A stretch of DNA of 64,000 nucleotides from a bacterium (GTDB lineage: Bacteria > Actinomycetota > Acidimicrobiia > Acidimicrobiales > Bin134), in assembly GCA_026708015.1 (NCBI GenBank), contig JAPOVT010000065.1, positions 5,345 to 69,344 of the forward strand, written 5' to 3'. Position numbers and translations under genes: made by a program. The notes below the pieces were generated by a model. The model made no database searches. It was given only the letters and a program-made list of their open reading frames with translations, and was not told the origin of the DNA. Shown here piece by piece: positions 1 through 9,652 of the stretch. Numbering within the stretch: position 1 is the stretch's first letter; every line of letters begins with the position of its first letter.

Positions 1-21
1 GGCTCTCCAGAGGGACATGTC

Positions 22-1635
22 ATGAAGGACCGAGTGCGGCCAACCCCCCGCCCAGGCATGGTGCTGGAGGTAGACCGCTCTACCCCGCCGATCCTGTTCC
101 ACCACGGCGAGGGCTTCCGCACCGAGAAGCTCCCCGCCGGGCGCAGCCGGGTGATCTATCCGGCCGAGCCCCTGCTGGGCCTGGCCGACCCCGAGGGCGC
201 CATCCGCCGGGCGCTGCTCAACCCCATCGACCAGGATCCGCTGCCCGCCCAGCTGCGCCCGGGCATGAAGCTCACCATCGCCTTCGACGACATCTCCCTG
301 CCGCTGCCCCCCATGCGCCGCCCCGACATCCGCCAAATGGTGATCGAGCAGGTGCTGGAGATGGCCGCGGCGGCCGGGGTGGACGACGTTCACATCATCG
401 CCGCGCTGGCCCTGCACCGGCGCATGACCGAGGACGAACTGCGCTACTCGCTGGGCGACCGCACCTATGACGCCTTCGCCCCCTCGGGCTGCCTCTACAA
501 CCACGACGCCGAGGACCCCGACGGCATGGTGGTGCTGGGCACCACGCCCCACGGCGAGGAGGTGCAGTTCTCCAAGCGGGCCGCGGAGAGCGACCTGGTG
601 GTGTACGTGAACATCAACCTGGTGGCCATGGACGGCGGCCACAAGAGCACCGCCACCGGCCTGGCCGGCTACCAGGGACTGCGCCACCACCACAACGTCA
701 AGACGATGCAGGAGTCCAAGTCGTTCATGGACCAGCACCGCTCCGAGCTGCACGCCTCCAACTGGCGCATGGGCAAGGTGCTGCGCGACGCCGGGGTGAA
801 GATCTTCCAGATCGAGACCACGGTCAATAACAACACCTTCGGGGTGGACGGCCCGCTGGCCATGCTCCAAAAGCGCGAGTGGGAGTGGACGGCCAAAGAC
901 CGGGCCGCCTTCGTGGCCATGACCACCGGGCTGAAGTACGCCCCGCCCCAGATGGCCCGCCAGATCTTCCAGTCTTGGCGGGCGCCCTATGAGCTGACTT
1001 CGGTGCAGGCCGGCGAGGTGGAGGCGGTCCACAAGGTGACCACCGAGAACGTATACACCCAGCACTTGGTGCCCGTCGAGGGCCAGACCGACATCTTGAC
1101 CATGGGCCTGCCCTACATCTGCCCCTACAACGTGAACTCGGTGATGAACCCCATCCTGGTCATGTGCCTGGGGCTGGGCTACTTCTTCAACCTCTATCGG
1201 GGCCGCCCGCTGGTGCGGGAGGGAGGCGTGGTCATCATGGGCCACCCCACCCGCTGGGAATTCCACCCGGTACACCACCCCAGCTACATCGACTTCTTCG
1301 AGCAGGTGCTGGCCGACACCACCGACCCGGTGGAAATCGAGGCCCGCTACGAGCGCCAGTTCGCCGAGGACGAGTGGTACATCCACCTCTATCGCACGTC
1401 GTACGCCTACCACGGCGTCCATCCCTTCTACATGTGGTACTGGGGGGCACACGCCCTTCAGCACCTGGGCGAAGTCATCATCGTGGGCGGCGACACCCGG
1501 GCGGTTCAGCGCATGGGCTTCCGCCCCGCATCCACCCTCCAAGACGCCCTTGAGATCGCCAGCGACACCGTGGGCCGCCAGCCCACCGTCACCCACCTCC
1601 ACAACCCCCCCATCCTGATGGCCGATGTCAGCTAG
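22..1635 (+). CDS. LarA-like (lactate racemase/DUF2088) domain protein
   Basis: 537 aa; motifs TIAFDDISLP, ALALHRRMT, YNHDAED and DGGHKS resemble LarA family segments; AGGGA upstream; overlaps the next gene. Confidence 0.8.
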   Translation: MKDRVRPTPRPGMVLEVDRSTPPILFHHGEGFRTEKLPAGRSRVIYPAEPLLGLADPEGAIRRALLNPIDQDPLPAQLRPGMKLTIAFDDISLPLPPMRRPDIRQMVIEQVLEMAAAAGVDDVHIIAALALHRRMTEDELRYSLGDRTYDAFAPSGCLYNHDAEDPDGMVVLGTTPHGEEVQFSKRAAESDLVVYVNINLVAMDGGHKSTATGLAGYQGLRHHHNVKTMQESKSFMDQHRSELHASNWRMGKVLRDAGVKIFQIETTVNNNTFGVDGPLAMLQKREWEWTAKDRAAFVAMTTGLKYAPPQMARQIFQSWRAPYELTSVQAGEVEAVHKVTTENVYTQHLVPVEGQTDILTMGLPYICPYNVNSVMNPILVMCLGLGYFFNLYRGRPLVREGGVVIMGHPTRWEFHPVHHPSYIDFFEQVLADTTDPVEIEARYERQFAEDEWYIHLYRTSYAYHGVHPFYMWYWGAHALQHLGEVIIVGGDTRAVQRMGFRPASTLQDALEIASDTVGRQPTVTHLHNPPILMADVS

Positions 1636-2524
1636 GCGGGTGATCTCGAAGCTGGACTTCCCCTATCGGGCGGCCCGACCGCCCGCGGGGGTACCGCCCG
1701 CGCCAGAACTCAAGAATCGCGGGGCCGACTACGACACCGACTGGGCCCGCAAACCGGCAGCCCGAGCGGCCCGGCGGGTCATCACCGAAGTAGTGATGCA
1801 GCCGGCCATGGCCGCACTGGCCCGGCCCCAGCGCCGGGGCCTCGACCGGATCGAGCGACTGGATGGCCCGGTGATCTTCGCCGCCAACCACCACAGCCAC
1901 ATCGACACCCCGCTGCTGTTCACATCCATCCCACCCAAGTGGCGCAACCGGCTGGTGGTAGGGGCCGCGGCCGACTACTTCTTCACCGGGGCAGTCAAGT
2001 CGGCCGCGTCGGCCCTGGTAATCGGGGCCATCCCCGTCGAGCGGTCCAAAGTGGGGCGGCGATCGGCCCGACTGGCCGCTTCGCTCATCGAGGACGGCTG
2101 GAGCCTGCTCATCTTCCCCGAGGGCGGCCGCAGTCCCGACGGCTGGGGCCAGCCCTTCCTGGGCGGCGCCGGCTATCTGGCGGTGCGCTGCGGCGTGCCG
2201 GTGGTGCCGGTGCACGTGGAGGGCACCGACCGGATCCTGCCCAAGGGCCGAAACGTGCCCAAGGTGTCGGCCACCACCGTCACCTTCGGCGACCCCCTGG
2301 CGCCCACCGAGGAGGACAACGCCCGGCGGTTTGCGGCCCGCATTGAGGTGGCGGTGGCCACCCTGGCCGACGAGTGCGCCACCGACTGGTACCAGGCCCG
2401 CCGCCGAGCCCACGCCGGCACCACCCCCGGCCTCACCGGCCCTGATATCTCCCCCTGGCGCCGGGCCTGGGCCCTCGGCGACCGCTCCCCCCGCTCCCGC
2501 CGCCAACACCGCCGCTGGCCCTAA
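1625..2524 (+). CDS. Lysophospholipid (PlsC-type) acyltransferase
   Basis: NHHSHID (HX4D) and IFPEGGRS motifs; VPVVPV. Confidence 0.9.
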   Translation: MSARRVISKLDFPYRAARPPAGVPPAPELKNRGADYDTDWARKPAARAARRVITEVVMQPAMAALARPQRRGLDRIERLDGPVIFAANHHSHIDTPLLFTSIPPKWRNRLVVGAAADYFFTGAVKSAASALVIGAIPVERSKVGRRSARLAASLIEDGWSLLIFPEGGRSPDGWGQPFLGGAGYLAVRCGVPVVPVHVEGTDRILPKGRNVPKVSATTVTFGDPLAPTEEDNARRFAARIEVAVATLADECATDWYQARRRAHAGTTPGLTGPDISPWRRAWALGDRSPRSRRQHRRWP

Positions 2525-2550
2525 TAGAGAGCCCTTAGGGCTAGTTCCTG

Positions 2551-2823
2551 TCACAAACCTCGATATGTGCGTTCGTCTCGTCTTGCGACTCGCAACACCA
2601 TCAACCGCCGCTCGTCGTCGTGGACTTCATAGATGATCCGAAGCTGGCCAGCCCTCACGCGCCACACCGCAGCGAACCCTGACAACTTCACGCTTCTTGC
2701 CGGACGAGGTTCATCGACCAGGTTGCGAAGCACATCACGCACCTGTCGAGCAGCCTCCGGCGCGAGTCTTCGCACCTGACGCTGGGCGGCAGGAGACAGC
2801 TCAACCCGATACAACGCTGACAA
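2551..2823 (-). CDS. RelE/ParE family type II toxin
   Basis: 90 aa; [34 protein letters not shown]. Confidence 0.9.
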   Translation of the reverse strand: MSALYRVELSPAAQRQVRRLAPEAARQVRDVLRNLVDEPRPARSVKLSGFAAVWRVRAGQLRIIYEVHDDERRLMVLRVARRDERTYRGL

Positions 2824-2829
2824 TCAGCC

Positions 2830-3063
2830 CTATGCCTGTGGGAGCCCGTCGAAGAAGGCCTCGAACTCCACCCCACCTTGTTCGGCTGCTTCACGGCGAG
2901 CCGCTTCGATTGCCGCGTGGTCGGCCTCATCCATCGTCGCATCTGCCAGCCACGAGACAATGGCTTCGGTCACCAGCTCCTGAATAGGCCTGCCATCGCG
3001 ATCGGCTGCTGCTTCAAGGGCCCCGTACAGACCATCGTCAACACTCATCGTTTTCATGGTCAA
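2830..3063 (-). CDS. Putative antitoxin (RHH-like N-terminus, acidic C-terminus)
   Basis: 77 aa acidic protein directly upstream of RelE; start could be ATG at 3057. Confidence 0.75.
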   Translation of the reverse strand: MTMKTMSVDDGLYGALEAAADRDGRPIQELVTEAIVSWLADATMDEADHAAIEAARREAAEQGGVEFEAFFDGLPQA

Positions 3064-3201
3064 CTCCCTTCTGCATGTGCAGCCTCACCGGGTCAAACCG
3101 ATGCTATCCAGGATCCTGCACTGCACCTAGCCCATTTGGTGCAGGGAAGCGTCCCTTCCGCGACAAGGCCAATTCGCCAGCAGGCCCGTAGAATCGAGGG
3201 T

Positions 3202-5475
3202 ATGCCGGTTGCCGCTTCCACCCCTATAGAGCTGATCGAAAACGTGTATTCAACCCTGGACGAGCGGGTTGGCGCCGCCCGGGAGCGCTTCGGGCGAGAG
3301 CTCACGCTGGCCGAGAAAATCCTGGCCAACCACCTCGACGACCCTGCCGTCACCCCGGAGCGGGGGGCCACTTACGTGGATCTGCGGCCCGATCGGGTGG
3401 CCATGCAGGATGCCACCGCCCAGATGGCCTGGCTCCAGTTCATGACCGCCGGGCTCGACGAGGTGCAGGTGCCCACCACCACCCACTGCGACCACCTCAT
3501 CTCGGCCCGGGTGGATGCGCAGCGCGACCTGGCTGCCGCCCTCGACAACAACGAGGAGGTGTACAACTTTCTGGAGTCGGTGTGCGCCCGCTACGGCGCC
3601 GGATTCTGGAAGCCGGGCTCGGGAATCATCCACCAGGTGGTGCTGGAGCAGTACGCCTTCCCCGGCGGCATGATGATCGGCACCGACAGCCACACCCCCA
3701 ACGCCGGCGGCCTGGCCATGGTGGCGGTGGGCGTGGGCGGTGCCGACGCGGTGGACGTGATGACCGGATTCCCCTGGAACGTGCGCTGGCCCAAGCTGAT
3801 CGGTGTCTGCCTCACCGGAGAGCTCGACGGCTGGGCAGCCCCCAAGGACGTGATCTTGAAGGTGGCCGAAATCCTGACCGTGGCCGGTGGGACCGGGGCC
3901 ATCGTGGAGTACTTCGGGCCGGGGGCCCATTCGCTGTCGGCCACCGGCAAGGCCACCATCTGCAACATGGGCGCCGAGATCGGCGCCACCACCTCGCTGT
4001 TCGCCTACGACGACGCCATCGCCCGCTATCTCAAGGCCACCGGCCGGGAGGCCGTGGCCGACGCGGCCAATGCCGCCACCCACAACCTGCGGGCCGACGA
4101 CGAAGTGCTGGCCGAGCCCGGCCGCTACTTCGACCGGGTGGTGGAGATCGACCTGTCCAAGCTGGGACCGCACATCAACGGCCCCCACACCCCCGACCGG
4201 GCCCGCCCGGTGGCCGAACTGGGGGCCGAGGCCAAGCTGAACGGTTGGCCGCTGGAGGTGAGCGCGGCGCTGGTGGGGTCGTGTACCAACTCCAGCTACG
4301 AGGACATCACCCGGGCGGCCAGCATCGCCCGCCACGCCGCCGCCAACGGACTCACCGCCAAGTCGCCCCTCATGGTCACCCCCGGCTCCGAGCAGGTGCG
4401 GGCCACCATCGAGCGCGACGGCCTATTGGCCGACTTGGAGTCCATCGGGGCCACCGTTTTGGCCAACGCCTGCGGCCCGTGCATCGGCCAGTGGAACCGC
4501 GACGACGTGGCCGAGGGCACCCCCAACAGCATCGTCACCAGCTACAACCGCAACTTCCCCAAGCGCAACGACGGCTACGCCTCCACCAACGCCTTCGTGA
4601 CCTCTCCGGAGACGGTGGTGGCCCTGGCATTGGCCGGCACGCTGGACTTCGACCCCGCCAACGACACCATCACCGCCCCCGACGGCACCGAGGTGGCGCT
4701 CATGGTGGGGCCGGGCACCGAGCTTCCCGACCAGGGTTTCGACCCTGGCGCCAGCGGATTCACAGCCCCGCCCGACGACGGCAGCGGTGTGGACGTGCGG
4801 GTGTCGCCCGACTCCGAGCGGCTCCAGCTGCTCGAGCCGTTCTCCCCGTGGGACGGCGAGGACTTCCGCGGCCTGCCGGTGCTGCTCAAAGCCCAGGGCA
4901 AGTGTACTACCGACCACATCTCCATGGCCGGGCCGTGGCTGCGCTACCGGGGGCATTTGGAGAACATCTCCGGCAACCTCTACCTGGGTGCGGTGAACGC
5001 CTTCACCGGGGCGGTCGGCGAGGGCAAGAACCAACTCGACGGCAGCACCGGGTCGTTCCCCGACGTCGCCGCTGCCTACCACGCTGCGGAACAGCGGTGG
5101 GTTGTGGTGGGCGACCGCAACATCGGCGAGGGCTCATCCCGAGAGCACGCCGCCATGGAGCCTCGCTTCCGGGGATGCGCGGCGGTGATCGCCCGGTCGT
5201 TCGCCCGTATCCACGAGACCAACCTCAAGAAGCAGGGCGTGCTGGCCCTGACCTTCGCCGACCCCGACCACTACGACCGCATCGACGAGGACGACCGCAT
5301 CTCGGTGCTCGGCCTGGCCGATCTGGCCCCCGGCGCGCCGGTGCAGGTGCAGGTGGCCAAGCCCGACGGGACCACCGTGGACATCACCGCCGAGCACACC
5401 TTGTCGCACAACCAGATCGAGTGGTTCCAAGCGGGCAGCGCGCTGAATCTGATCCGCCAGCGAACCTCGGGCTGA
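3202..5475 (+). CDS. acnA: Aconitate hydratase, mitochondrial-like type
   Basis: [57 protein letters not shown]; start placed at the ATG 7 nt after TAGAAT. Confidence 0.93.
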   Translation: MPVAASTPIELIENVYSTLDERVGAARERFGRELTLAEKILANHLDDPAVTPERGATYVDLRPDRVAMQDATAQMAWLQFMTAGLDEVQVPTTTHCDHLISARVDAQRDLAAALDNNEEVYNFLESVCARYGAGFWKPGSGIIHQVVLEQYAFPGGMMIGTDSHTPNAGGLAMVAVGVGGADAVDVMTGFPWNVRWPKLIGVCLTGELDGWAAPKDVILKVAEILTVAGGTGAIVEYFGPGAHSLSATGKATICNMGAEIGATTSLFAYDDAIARYLKATGREAVADAANAATHNLRADDEVLAEPGRYFDRVVEIDLSKLGPHINGPHTPDRARPVAELGAEAKLNGWPLEVSAALVGSCTNSSYEDITRAASIARHAAANGLTAKSPLMVTPGSEQVRATIERDGLLADLESIGATVLANACGPCIGQWNRDDVAEGTPNSIVTSYNRNFPKRNDGYASTNAFVTSPETVVALALAGTLDFDPANDTITAPDGTEVALMVGPGTELPDQGFDPGASGFTAPPDDGSGVDVRVSPDSERLQLLEPFSPWDGEDFRGLPVLLKAQGKCTTDHISMAGPWLRYRGHLENISGNLYLGAVNAFTGAVGEGKNQLDGSTGSFPDVAAAYHAAEQRWVVVGDRNIGEGSSREHAAMEPRFRGCAAVIARSFARIHETNLKKQGVLALTFADPDHYDRIDEDDRISVLGLADLAPGAPVQVQVAKPDGTTVDITAEHTLSHNQIEWFQAGSALNLIRQRTSG

Positions 5476-5500
5476 CCGGCAACGCCAGCCGCTTAGTCCC

Positions 5501-5592
5501 GTGGACATCTGCTCCTCCTGCTGACCGTAGATTTGCAGCCGTGGACATCCGCTCCTCCTGCTGACCGTAGATTTGCAGCCGTGGACATCCGC
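5501..5592 (+). repeat. 40-bp tandem repeat (2 full copies plus a partial third) containing the LysR -10 box and start
   Basis: GTGGACATCYGCTCCTCCTGCTGACCGTAGATTTGCAGCC at 5501 and 5541; the third GTGGACATCCGC at 5581 is the LysR start. Confidence 0.95.
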
Positions 5593-6483
5593 CAGCTCGA
5601 CGCCCTGTTGGCGATAGCCGAGCACAAGACGTTCTCCAAGGCGGCCCGGTCGCTGCACACCGTGCAGTCCAACGTGTCCAAGCACATCGCCCGGCTCGAG
5701 GAGGAACTTGATGCCATCCTGGTGGATCGCGACGCCGGCACCCTCACTGAAGAGGGCGAGGCAGTGGTGGCCCGGGCCCGGCGCATCAGGGCCGAGACCG
5801 ACGCCATCGCCCACGACATGGCCGCCATGCGCGACGACATCTCCGGGGTCACCCGGTTGGGCACCATCGACTCCACCGCCCGGTGGCTGATCCCCATCGT
5901 TCTGCCAGCCCTGGAGGCCCAGTACCCCAACATCCGCCTAGAAGTGCTGACCGCCACCACCACCAGCCTTCTCCCCCAGGTGATCGCTGGAGATCTCCAC
6001 AGCGCGGTGGTCAACCTGCCCCTGCGCGACTCCGAGATCCGGGCTGAGGAGCTGTTCGCCGAAGACCGTTTGCTCATAGCCCCGCCCGACCATCCGCTGG
6101 CCCGCAAATCCTCGGTTACCCCCGCGGAGCTGAGCCGCCACGAATTGCTGCTGCCTCCCCCGGGCACTGCCTTTCGAGACGAGATCGACTCCGAACTCAA
6201 GAACCAGGGCGTGGAGCTCACCACCCGGGCCGAGATCGACGGCATGAGGATGATCGCCACCTTGGTGCTCACCGGGTTCGGCGCGGCCATTCTGCCCGCC
6301 ACCGCCGCCCCCGACGACGGCCCGTGGCGGCGAATCCCCATCACCGGTCTGGTACGGCGCTCGGTGGGCCTGATCGTCAGCCGCCGGGTGGCGCCTTCGG
6401 CCGTCACCCGAGCGGTGCGCGACGTGATCTTCGAAGTGGTGGGCACCCACGGCTACGACCAAGCCGGGGTGTACCCAAGTTGA
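5581..6483 (+). CDS. LysR family transcriptional regulator
   Basis: DIRQLDALLAIAEHKTFSKAARSLHTVQSNVSKHIARLEEEL HTH plus substrate-binding domain. Confidence 0.95.
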   Translation: MDIRQLDALLAIAEHKTFSKAARSLHTVQSNVSKHIARLEEELDAILVDRDAGTLTEEGEAVVARARRIRAETDAIAHDMAAMRDDISGVTRLGTIDSTARWLIPIVLPALEAQYPNIRLEVLTATTTSLLPQVIAGDLHSAVVNLPLRDSEIRAEELFAEDRLLIAPPDHPLARKSSVTPAELSRHELLLPPPGTAFRDEIDSELKNQGVELTTRAEIDGMRMIATLVLTGFGAAILPATAAPDDGPWRRIPITGLVRRSVGLIVSRRVAPSAVTRAVRDVIFEVVGTHGYDQAGVYPS

Positions 6484-6552
6484 GCCCGGCGCGAGACTGA
6501 CAGCACCGCCTATGACTGACGCCATCGCCACTACCGGGAACTGAGAGAACCC

Positions 6553-7932
6553 ATGTCTGACGCCATCGCCGCCACCGGGAACCGACCCGACCGGGTCCCG
6601 CTGAGAGCCGGGTCCCCGGGATCGGCCCGGGCCTGGCTGGACTCCTACGACGGCCGGGAATGCGTGGTCTTCGAGGTGGAGGACAACGAGGCCGACCGGG
6701 GAGCGCTCAGCCCGGCCGACAGCGAGACCCTGGAGCGGGCCGCGCAGGAGGCCCTCCAGCGCCGTCTCCCCCTGGTGGGGTTCATCGCCTCGTCGGGGGC
6801 CGATATCGACTCGGGCATCGCCGCCACCATGGGATGGGGCCGGGTTGCCAAAGCAGTGGTGAATTGCTCGGGACAGGTGCCCACCATCTTCTGCGCCACC
6901 GGCCCGGCCGTGTCAGGGCCAGCCCTGTTGCTGGGGCTGGCCGACATCGCCATCGCCACCGAGGACAGCTACGCCTTCGTGACCGGCCCCCGCATGGTGA
7001 GCCAGTACACCGGCGAGGTGATCAGCAACCAGACCCTGGGCGGCGCCGGCCAGCTTTCCCGGCGCAGCGGAGTGGCCGCCTTCTTGGTGGAGGACAAGGA
7101 CGCCGCCTCCGACCTGGTGGGCGCGCTGTTGAGCCTGCTCCCCGCCCACGCCGACGAACTGCCTCCCCGGTATCCGGTGGACGACCCCGTGGACCAGCCC
7201 ACCCCCGAGCTGCGCGACATTCTGCCCGAATCGCCCTTGGGCAGCTACGACATCCGGGATGTGGTGAGGGCGGTGGCCGACGACGGCGACCTGCTGGAGT
7301 ACAAGGCCGATTGGGCCGCCAACCTGGTGTGCGCCTTCACCACCGTGGCCGGACGCCCGGTGGGGATGCTGGCCAACCAGCCCCAGAGCCTGGCCGGAAC
7401 CCTCGATATCGCGTGCAGCCAGAAGGGGGCCCGGTTCGTGTCGTTCTGCGACGCCTTCAACCTGCCGCTGGTCACCTTCGTGGACACCTCGGGCTTCCAG
7501 CCGGGAAAGGACTTGGAGTGGCGGGGCATCATCCGCCACGGGGCGCAGCTGGCCTTCGCCTACGCCCGGGCCACCGTGGGCCGGGTGAACGTGACCCTGC
7601 GCAAGTCCTACGGCGGGGCCTACATAGTGATGGACTCCCGCCACATGGGCAACGACATCGCTCTGGCCTGGCCCTCAGCCGAGGTGGCGGTGATGGGGGC
7701 CCGGGGCGCGGTGGAGATCGTCCACCGTCGATCCAGCCCCGAGGAGCGGGCCGAGCTGGAAGCCGCCTACGAAGAGCGCTACCTCAACCCCTACATCGCC
7801 GCAGAGCGGGGATCCATCGACGCCGTGATCGACCCGGCCGACACCCGGGCCGAGGTGGCTGCCGCCCTGGAGATTCTGGAGTCCAAGCGGGAGACCCTCC
7901 CCCGCCGCCGCCACGACAACACCCCGCTCTGA
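6553..7932 (+). CDS. Acyl-CoA carboxyltransferase beta subunit (PccB/AccD-like, N-terminally shortened)
   Basis: ANQP, KGARFVSFCDAFNLPLVTFVDTSGF, RKSYGGAY, AVMGARGA, RRHDNTPL. Confidence 0.88.
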   Translation: MSDAIAATGNRPDRVPLRAGSPGSARAWLDSYDGRECVVFEVEDNEADRGALSPADSETLERAAQEALQRRLPLVGFIASSGADIDSGIAATMGWGRVAKAVVNCSGQVPTIFCATGPAVSGPALLLGLADIAIATEDSYAFVTGPRMVSQYTGEVISNQTLGGAGQLSRRSGVAAFLVEDKDAASDLVGALLSLLPAHADELPPRYPVDDPVDQPTPELRDILPESPLGSYDIRDVVRAVADDGDLLEYKADWAANLVCAFTTVAGRPVGMLANQPQSLAGTLDIACSQKGARFVSFCDAFNLPLVTFVDTSGFQPGKDLEWRGIIRHGAQLAFAYARATVGRVNVTLRKSYGGAYIVMDSRHMGNDIALAWPSAEVAVMGARGAVEIVHRRSSPEERAELEAAYEERYLNPYIAAERGSIDAVIDPADTRAEVAAALEILESKRETLPRRRHDNTPL

Positions 7933-8041
7933 GCAGCGGGACCGCCTCACGCTCAGGGGCGGCAACAGTCTCTCTGGGGCGAATAGAGCGACCTGAGGTA
8001 TGCTGCGGCAGCACCGGAGGGAGCTGGGAAAGGAGCCGTGC

Positions 8042-9310
8042 GTGCCTGAGTCCATAACGATCACCGACAATCGGACCGGTGAGTCGATTGAGGTTCCGAT
8101 TGTCGACGGTGGTGTGGATGCCGCAGCCTGGCGCAAACTGCTTCCCAACGTCTGGTTCCTCGACCCATCCTTCAGCACCACCGCGGCCACCACCAGCGCC
8201 GTCAGCGAGGTGGACGGCGAGAACGGCATCCTGCGCTACCGGGGCTATCCCATCGAGCAACTCGCCGAGCACTCCACCTTCCTGGAGGTGGCCTACCTGC
8301 TGCTTCACGGCGAGCTGCCCACCCCCGGCGAATACGACGTGTGGGTACACGAGATCACCCACCACACCTTCATCCACGAGCGCTTCCGCAAGCGGTTCAT
8401 GGAGTCGTTCCTCCACGACGCCCACCCGATGGGCATGTTCGTGTCCACCATCGCCGCGCTGTCCACCTTCTACCCGGAGGCCAAGGACATAGACGATCCC
8501 GAGAACCGCATGCACCAAATCGTGCGGCTCATCGCCAAGGTGCCGACGGTGGCCGCCGCGGGCTCACGCTTCAACTCCGGGCTGCCGTTCGTGTATCCCG
8601 ACAACAACCTCGACTTCGCCACCAACTTCTTGTCGATGATGTTCAAGATCGCCGAGCCCACCTACCAGTGCGACCCGGCCATGACCCGGGCGCTCGACCT
8701 GCTGCTCATCACCCACGCCGACCACGGCCAGAACTGCTCCACCAGCACCGCCCGAGTGGTGGGCAGCGCCCACACCGACCCCTACTCGGTCATCGCCGCC
8801 GCCGCCTGCTCTTTGTACGGCCCCCGCCACGGCGGGGCCAACCAGGCCGTTATGGAGATGCTCTACGACATCGGCAGCTACGAGAACATCGACCCGTTCA
8901 TCAAGGCGGTCAAGGCCGGTGAAACCCGGCTGATGGGGTTCGGCCACCGGGTGTACAGGAACTACGACCCCCGGGCCCGCATCATCAAAGATGCCGCCTA
9001 CGACGTGTTCGAGGTGACCGGCTCCAACCCGCTGCTCGACATCGCCCTCAAGTTGGAAGAGGTGGCGCTGGGCGACGACTACTTCGTGAGCCGCCGCCTC
9101 TATCCCAACGTGGACTTCTACTCCGGGCTCATCTACCAGTCGATGGGTTTCCCCACCGACATGTTCACCGTGCTGTTCGCCATCGCCCGCACCGCCGGCT
9201 GGCTCGCCCAGTGGGTAGAACTCCTGGAACAAGACAGCCGCATCGCCCGCCCCCGCCAGGTCTACACCGGCTCCGAAGAGCGCACCTACACCCCCATCAC
9301 CGAGCGTTAA
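8042..9310 (+). CDS. gltA: Citrate synthase
   Basis: GILRYRGYPIEQLA, HADHGQNCSTST, GPRHGGAN, LMGFGHRVY, YPNVDFYSG; AGGAG before the GTG. Confidence 0.93.
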   Translation: MPESITITDNRTGESIEVPIVDGGVDAAAWRKLLPNVWFLDPSFSTTAATTSAVSEVDGENGILRYRGYPIEQLAEHSTFLEVAYLLLHGELPTPGEYDVWVHEITHHTFIHERFRKRFMESFLHDAHPMGMFVSTIAALSTFYPEAKDIDDPENRMHQIVRLIAKVPTVAAAGSRFNSGLPFVYPDNNLDFATNFLSMMFKIAEPTYQCDPAMTRALDLLLITHADHGQNCSTSTARVVGSAHTDPYSVIAAAACSLYGPRHGGANQAVMEMLYDIGSYENIDPFIKAVKAGETRLMGFGHRVYRNYDPRARIIKDAAYDVFEVTGSNPLLDIALKLEEVALGDDYFVSRRLYPNVDFYSGLIYQSMGFPTDMFTVLFAIARTAGWLAQWVELLEQDSRIARPRQVYTGSEERTYTPITER

Positions 9311-9489
9311 TCCCCGAACGATGGAAGGCAGAATTGCGGCGTTTGCCTGGCGCCCATTCAAGGAGGAGTTGGACGCACCGGCCCTTCAAGGCGATTTCGA
9401 ATCCGTCTGTGGAATGGTGAGTGGCACATCTATTGACATGGCTCGCGATGGCAAGCAGGTCATCGCGGAAGCAGTTGGCCATCGAAATA

Positions 9490-9602
9490 TCGACAAACGC
9501 AGCTGAATAATGGACATGTCAGGGAGTCGCAACATGCCGCTCACCCGAGAATTCAAGGAGACGGTGCAGGCTCGTGCAAAGCGTGACCCGGAATGCCGGT
9601 GA
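9490..9602 (+). pseudogene. Remnant of an addiction-module TA pair; truncated antitoxin N-terminus at 9534-9602
   Basis: MPLTREFKETVQARAKRDPECR* resembles the start of a HigA-like antidote family (LTRDFKETVxARxxRDPxF) but stops after 22 aa. Confidence 0.6.
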
Positions 9603-9652
9603 TTGGCAAATCTGATTACCCACATTGTGGATAGTCCATTAGTCTTTTATGC

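Noticed and set aside
5501..5592. Possible CRISPR array
   Set aside because: Head-to-tail 40-bp units without unique spacers; no cas genes.
9321..9506. 61-aa ORF after gltA as a real gene
   Set aside because: No recognisable family; lies in apparently decayed DNA.
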